Shown piece after piece: positions 59,151-64,000 of a DNA stretch of 64,000 bases. The stretch spans positions 1-64,000 of the forward strand of contig JBDGUI010000014.1 in the NCBI GenBank assembly GCA_042216015.1, written 5' to 3'. The DNA is from Halodesulfurarchaeum sp. GTDB taxonomy: Archaea > Halobacteriota > Halobacteria > Halobacteriales > Halobacteriaceae. The position numbers were made by a program, and so were the translations under genes. The first letter of the stretch is position 1; the number at the start of each line of letters is the position of its first letter. Under the pieces are notes generated by a model, which saw only the letters and a program-made list of their open reading frames with translations, did no database searches and was not told the origin of the DNA.

Positions 59151-61622
59151 TTAGTATAGTTTCGGTAGAATTTCTTGTATGTCCTGGAACCGGGTCCGGG
59201 AGCCAGGATATTGAACACCTTCTTGAGTAATATGTTCGTCACTATCGTCAAAGAATAAAATGTTGTTCTTGCGATAGTATACTGCGAATTTTGCAAAAAA
59301 CCGGGACATGGAAATTTCATCAGGGGTGTTTGAAATAATACCAGTGGCTACTTCTCGGAATGAATCCAATTCGACATTTTTCTGGACGTCGCGAGCTAGT
59401 CTGGCCGCTTTCTGTCGCCCGTCGGAGAAGGTAAGCACCTTCTTTCCTTTATTGGGAAGCTCGGCCTTTCGGGTATCTTCCGGCTGGATCCCGAACATTG
59501 ACCGAACGATATTCGCGAACGGCTCCTCTCCTTTCGTTTCCAAATCTTGGATCTTCGTTTCGCCTTTCCACCACCGTTCCTCAATCCCGCATGCTGGGCA
59601 GCGAGTCCAACTCCAAGGATAATCCTCTTCAGGCGGTTCTTCCGTTGGAAGCCATACCTCGATGTGTTCATTGTTGCTTTCCTGAGCTCGTTGATCGTTC
59701 ACCAGATGGCCAGAAGAGATATCGAGATGGCGCGATTTCGTTGTTTCTGAAAGCGGTCTATTTTGTTCGTGTTTGGGATCTTCATCCGACCGTGGTTCCT
59801 CGACCAACAGATGGAGTTCGTCAAGATCATTCGTATCCTCAGGATCTGTCCAAAGAAACGTCGGTCCATGGTTGTCTTCAGAACGACGATAAGCCTGGAG
59901 ATACGCTGCACCACAGGTGCGATGACTCAATAACTCAAAGACACGGCTACCACACTCAGGACATGTCGTATGTGGGGTTGTATAGATCCTGCCCAAAAGG
60001 TCCTCACCTTCCGTTACACGGCGCCCCTCACACACTGGATTTACACAGGCATATTGCGCTGGAAGCCCCTTCAAAAACATGTGAAGCCGGGTCGGAAGCA
60101 ATGCCTGGTTTTCATTACGTTGAGCCTCAGTACAAAGGTAAAGTAGATTTCCGGTGGCTTCTTGCGCGAGATCGGCGTCAATCCCATCGAAAAGTTGCGC
60201 TGCAAGGTCCTCAAGTGGTATCGGTTCTTCTTGTAGGTGGTCATGCGCTAAACGAAACAGCGGATCTGTTTCGAGTTTATTTGCGAGATATTTTCGCGTC
60301 GAATCTGTCTCAGATTTATCAGGTAAAGTCCAATCACGCTCTATAGCCAAATTCCGGATTTTCGCATCGTCAATCTCATACTCGATTCTAGAGAGTATTT
60401 CTGCAGTTCGCTGATCTGATGGCTCACCAGGTTCATAGGTTTTCTGTTCGCCAGTAATTACTGCAAATTCATCCGGGGAACCAATGGTTAGCTGCGCAGC
60501 GAAATCTGGCGCAGCGGTTTCGATGTTTTCACCCATTGTGGCGCTGGTGAGTATGAATCGGACACGATCCCGGGAAATCTGCAGATTTTGCAATAGCCGA
60601 CTCATTAGGAGAGCGACTTCCGCACCTTGTGCACCGCGATAAAGATGAGCTTCATCGAGGACGATGGTGAGTTCGTTATCTTCGTCTTCTTCGAGCCACT
60701 CCCTGGTGTCCTCAAATAGCGGCTGTTCGATCGGCCGCAATAACATATATTCAAGCATCGAATAGTTGGTGATGAGGATATCCGGCGTTCCACCATAATC
60801 ATCCTCCCCGGCCGAATGCATTTCCTGCCGAGTGAACAGTTCCCGGTCTCCCGGCTGAGTTTGGTATTGGTTCGTCTTGAGCGCGTTCCGGTTGCGAAAT
60901 CCTTCCAAATTTTTGGCAGGAATGCGCCCTTTATCCATAAGTTCGTTATATAATTCGGGTTTTTCTCGTTTTAGATGTAAATACCGCTGAATGACTGGTT
61001 TGATTCTTTGGTCGTTCTTATCTGTATCAAATTCGCCGTGGTACGGTGTTCGGCTCGTATACATCCCGAACTGCACTCGCCGGCCCATATAATCCTCAAT
61101 TGTATCGGCTCCATCTTCGTCACCAAATAGCAATCTCATTCGTGACAATTGATCGGCAACCAGTGCGTTCATTGGATATAATATCAGCGTCCGCATTCCC
61201 CGCTGATCCTGCGAGATGTTTCGCTCTGCTTCCTCCGCAAGCTTACCCAGAATAGAATAAAGGAAGATCTCAGTCTTCCCAGACCCAGTTCCAGTAGAGA
61301 CAATAAGATCCTTTTCGTCGTCGAAAAACGCCTCTAACGCGTCTGCCTGATGTTTGTAGGGCGGATCGAATATATCGAGCCCATCTTCCTCAAGATCCTT
61401 CAGCATATCAACAACATTTGTTGGCAGATTGAGGTCCCTGAACTTTCTTCCGGAGACATATGACGGAGTGGCTTCAACCCACGGCTCCGTTGAAATTTTA
61501 CCCTCCTTTAGCAGTTCTCGACGTTCTTTCAATAGTCGTGGATGGTGTAGGTGATAGCTCGATTCGAGGTATTGTTTCAAATCCGCTTCCAACTGGTCTG
61601 AGACCTCTTTGATTGACTGCAT
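59151..61622 (-). pseudogene. druE: Large SF2 DEAH-box helicase, Druantia DruE-like, C-terminally truncated by IS630
   Basis: PYKHQ, TGTGSGKTE, YPMNALVADQ, TNYSMLEYML, DEAH, SAT, CxxC motifs and TFSDGRQKAARLA. Motifs V/VI and DUF1998 are absent, and the stop lies inside the IS terminal repeat. Helicase call is firm; DruE identity is from recall. Confidence 0.65.
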
Positions 61623-62416
61623 TAGTTTTGAATGCTGACGGTCGCGTCTTCGATGTTGACTGCCAATTTTCTGAATGCCTGTTCCACTGATTCTTTGTCT
61701 GCCGGATCCAGCCGCCAGTGTATCTTATCTTGTTTTGACTCCTCCCATTGAGCTCCAATCGCATTTAGCCACCTCCCCTGAGGACGAGGTGGTGGGAATT
61801 TTGTACTAAGTCTTATCCCACCCTCCATTGGCGTGAGTTCCACCCGTCGGGTCAGCCCGCTGATATCATCAAGAAGGAGACAGACCTGCCGCCTATATTT
61901 GTATGGGATTTTCACCATTTCGGCATTGGTCATACTATCTGCGGGATCAAGTTTGAGCCAAAATTCATCGCCACCGAACTCGACTGGGCTTTTCCATAGA
62001 CTAATTAAGGTCCCGTCTTCGGTCGTCACCTCAAAGACATCATCGCCCCAATTGAACCCGTAGCCGATATTGCCGAGGTACGCCTCCCAATCGGCACTCG
62101 GCTTCCATTCCAGGTTTTCCCGCATTGAAATGAATTCCTGGAGATATTCATAGTCGAAATTCCCGACGTTTTCTGCGTCTATGTATGTCTTCTGTGATTG
62201 GACGAGAATATCTTTAGCTTCCAGATCTTCCTCACTGGTATTGGAGAAAACCCGGGAAATCCCCTTGAATTCGATCTCTAACCCTCTATCAAGGAAATGG
62301 CTGCTCGGTCGACCGGAAACAAGTAGTGCCTCAGATTCGGTTATCTTGATGGCCCGGGTAGGACCAGGGGCATAATACCCGTTGCTGAGTTTCATCAAAT
62401 CTCCCAAGAAAGTCAT
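61622..62416 (-). CDS. Hypothetical protein coupled to the helicase (possible DruD-like accessory), probably 5'-truncated by IS630
   Basis: TAATG stop/start overlap with the helicase, and the frame stays open up to the IS end at 62435. AT-richer composition like the helicase. Confidence 0.6.
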   Translation of the reverse strand: MTFLGDLMKLSNGYYAPGPTRAIKITESEALLVSGRPSSHFLDRGLEIEFKGISRVFSNTSEEDLEAKDILVQSQKTYIDAENVGNFDYEYLQEFISMRENLEWKPSADWEAYLGNIGYGFNWGDDVFEVTTEDGTLISLWKSPVEFGGDEFWLKLDPADSMTNAEMVKIPYKYRRQVCLLLDDISGLTRRVELTPMEGGIRLSTKFPPPRPQGRWLNAIGAQWEESKQDKIHWRLDPADKESVEQAFRKLAVNIEDATVSIQN

Positions 62417-62444
62417 AGTAGGGCCTGTTCTGCTATAGTAACCG

Positions 62445-62936
62445 TTAGAAATAATTGCTCACTTTGGGAAGATTCAGCTGGTCTAGGCTCTTATCAATCA
62501 TCACCCTCAACTCTTCAATAGAATCGAAGTACCGATTGCCCAACGCCGATTCTAACTGTCTCCAGCACTCTTCGACAGGATTTAGGTCTGGACGATAGGC
62601 TGGCAATCGCACGAATTCGATGCCGTCACGATCGGCGAGATCTGTCACGGTTGACGCGCGAAAATACGATGCTCCGTCGAGAACAACGAGCAAATCATCT
62701 TCGAATTCTTTGTATAACGCTAAAATGAAATGTTTGGCGTGATCAGCTGTCACGTACTCGGGAAACCGCGAGAAAAACGATCGACCGTCGTCGGTGACGG
62801 CTCCAAGCAGACACGTCCAATCCCGAAGTCCCGATAACTCCACGCTAGGTCGTGAATTTCGTTCGAACCAGGCCTGTGTCTGATCGCCATTGACAGATGT
62901 TTTCGTCTGATCGATGCAGACTACTGTGGCGTCCAT
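62445..62936 (-). CDS. IS630 transposase OrfB (DDE part), in the -1 frame
   Basis: VVCIDQ, VVLDGASYF and LPAYRPDLNPVEECW. Confidence 0.88.
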   Translation of the reverse strand: MDATVVCIDQTKTSVNGDQTQAWFERNSRPSVELSGLRDWTCLLGAVTDDGRSFFSRFPEYVTADHAKHFILALYKEFEDDLLVVLDGASYFRASTVTDLADRDGIEFVRLPAYRPDLNPVEECWRQLESALGNRYFDSIEELRVMIDKSLDQLNLPKVSNYF

Positions 62937-63454
62937 CTCCCTGCGCTTTTTTTGAGGGTTTCGTCGAACTCCTCCCGATCTTCGGGATCAGCTTTCGCGT
63001 TTTCAGGACGCGGTTTTTGGTAGCTGAGGCCCGCCTCTTTCAACAACCGACGACAGCTCGGGATCGAGTAGTCGGTGTCGTATGTTTCTTTGAGGTGGTG
63101 ACGAACGAGCTTTGTCGTCCAGGCCGGTTCGTCGTAGCCTGCTTCCTCCGGTGGATTTCGGACCGTTTGCCGAAAATCTTTGAGTTCTTTGTCCGATAGT
63201 TTGCGATTCCTCCCAGATCTATGATCATCGGAAACGGCTTCGGCTAACGGTTCATCAGTGTCAAATCGCATCAGCCAGCTGTAGATCGTTCGCCGGCCCG
63301 TACCGTACCACTCGGCGAGTTCGGTCTGCGTTACTCCGTTTTTGTACGCAATCGCTGCTAAGAGGCGCTGAGTCGGCTTTTTCCCCTCGACTGAGTCGAG
63401 AGCGTCATGGAGTGCGTCGAGGGATATCTCTTTTAGGTGGTCCATATAATACAA
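62921..63454 (-). CDS. IS630 transposase OrfA (HTH part)
   Basis: GVTQTELAEWY, RSGRNRKLS and RRLLKEAGLSYQKPRP. Confidence 0.88.
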   Translation of the reverse strand: MYYMDHLKEISLDALHDALDSVEGKKPTQRLLAAIAYKNGVTQTELAEWYGTGRRTIYSWLMRFDTDEPLAEAVSDDHRSGRNRKLSDKELKDFRQTVRNPPEEAGYDEPAWTTKLVRHHLKETYDTDYSIPSCRRLLKEAGLSYQKPRPENAKADPEDREEFDETLKKSAGRWTPQ

Positions 63455-63489
63455 TACTCAATACGGGCAGATAATTCTGACGGTTACTA

Positions 63490-64000
63490 TACATCTGGAC
63501 GTTCAACTCCTTCATTCCGGCGGCGAGTCCGATCCTGGCGACGGTCATTTCGATCGTCGTCCTGACGCTGCAGAACGTGGTGTTCGCGACGCTGATCGCG
63601 GCGATGCCACGGGTCGGCGGCGATTACGTGTGGCAGAGTCGACTGTTGGGTGGGTTCTGGGGCCTGTTCCTCTCCTGGCCCGGCTGGATCTTCTCCCTCT
63701 GGCTGTGGGTCCCGATCTACGGGTCGATCCTCTCCTGGCTCGTGTTCGGACCGGTCTCGGCCCTCTTCGGGTACCCGGCGATGGCGGCGTTCTGGAACTC
63801 CGGAATGGGCCTGTTCGTCTCCTCGCTGGTCGTGGTCGCGTTCGTGTTCATCTACGTCAGTCTGGGCATGAAGTGGTACGCCCGGATCCAGCAGGCCCTC
63901 TTCTACGTCGGCGTGGCGGGCATGTTGCTTTTCCTCTTCGGCCTGTTGACGACGACCCCCTCGCAGTTCCAGGCTGCCTTCGACGCTCACATGGCCCAGT
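63490..64000 (+). pseudogene. APC-family amino-acid permease, 5'-truncated by IS630; runs off the window
   Basis: The open frame from 63490 reads YIWTFNSFIPAASPILAT...AAMPRVGGDYVWQSRLLGG, with multiple TMs. It has no start of its own and GC-rich codon usage resumes. Confidence 0.8.

Larger units (their letters stand above)
58085..59156 (-). mobile_element. IS630-family insertion sequence (copy 1)
   Basis: Imperfect terminal IRs TACTGACGGACATAAATAATC / TACTAAGAGACAATAATAATC, each flanked by TA. Contains HTH orfA and DDE orfB. Confidence 0.9.
62436..63489 (-). mobile_element. IS630-family insertion sequence (copy 2, a different element)
   Basis: Terminal IRs TAGTAACCGTTAGAAATA / TAGTAACCGTCAGAATTA with TA flanks. 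Contains orfA and orfB. Confidence 0.92.

Noticed and set aside
63487..63990. 167-aa minus-strand ORF at the window end
   Set aside because: It is the antisense shadow of the plus-strand APC permease fragment.

Overview
GC-rich, acidic-proteome DNA from a haloarchaeon (class Halobacteria; rbcL, mobB and a B12 radical-SAM gene would fit an anaerobic, Halodesulfurarchaeum-like organism, which is only an inference). Positions 1-51 kb are mostly core chromosome: tfb, rtcA, panE, mobB, a copper regulator/chaperone pair, a fba-fbp-rbcL (form III RuBisCO) run, thiolase/DUF35, a complex I-like nuoA-N operon without nuoEFG, purKE, ribH, gdhA, glycosyltransferases, rnp4, SRP RNA and DGGGP synthase. Between tRNA-Arg(TCG) at 51.1 kb and tRNA-Thr(TGT) at 57.9 kb is a patchy region of pseudogenes, redox/stress genes and three zinc-finger microproteins, one of them below the ORF-track cutoff. 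After tRNA-Thr comes an AT-richer island: two co-oriented IS630 elements bracket a two-gene remnant of a probable Druantia-type antiviral operon (a truncated DruE-like helicase and its coupled upstream gene), followed by a 5'-truncated APC permease. Best leads: the Druantia-like remnant; catalytically intact RuBisCO behind aldolase and FBPase; a B12 radical-SAM gene between purE and nuoA with a structured upstream region; and a K+ channel apparently reduced to its pore by an in-frame deletion. All family calls come from motif recognition by eye; no searches were run.
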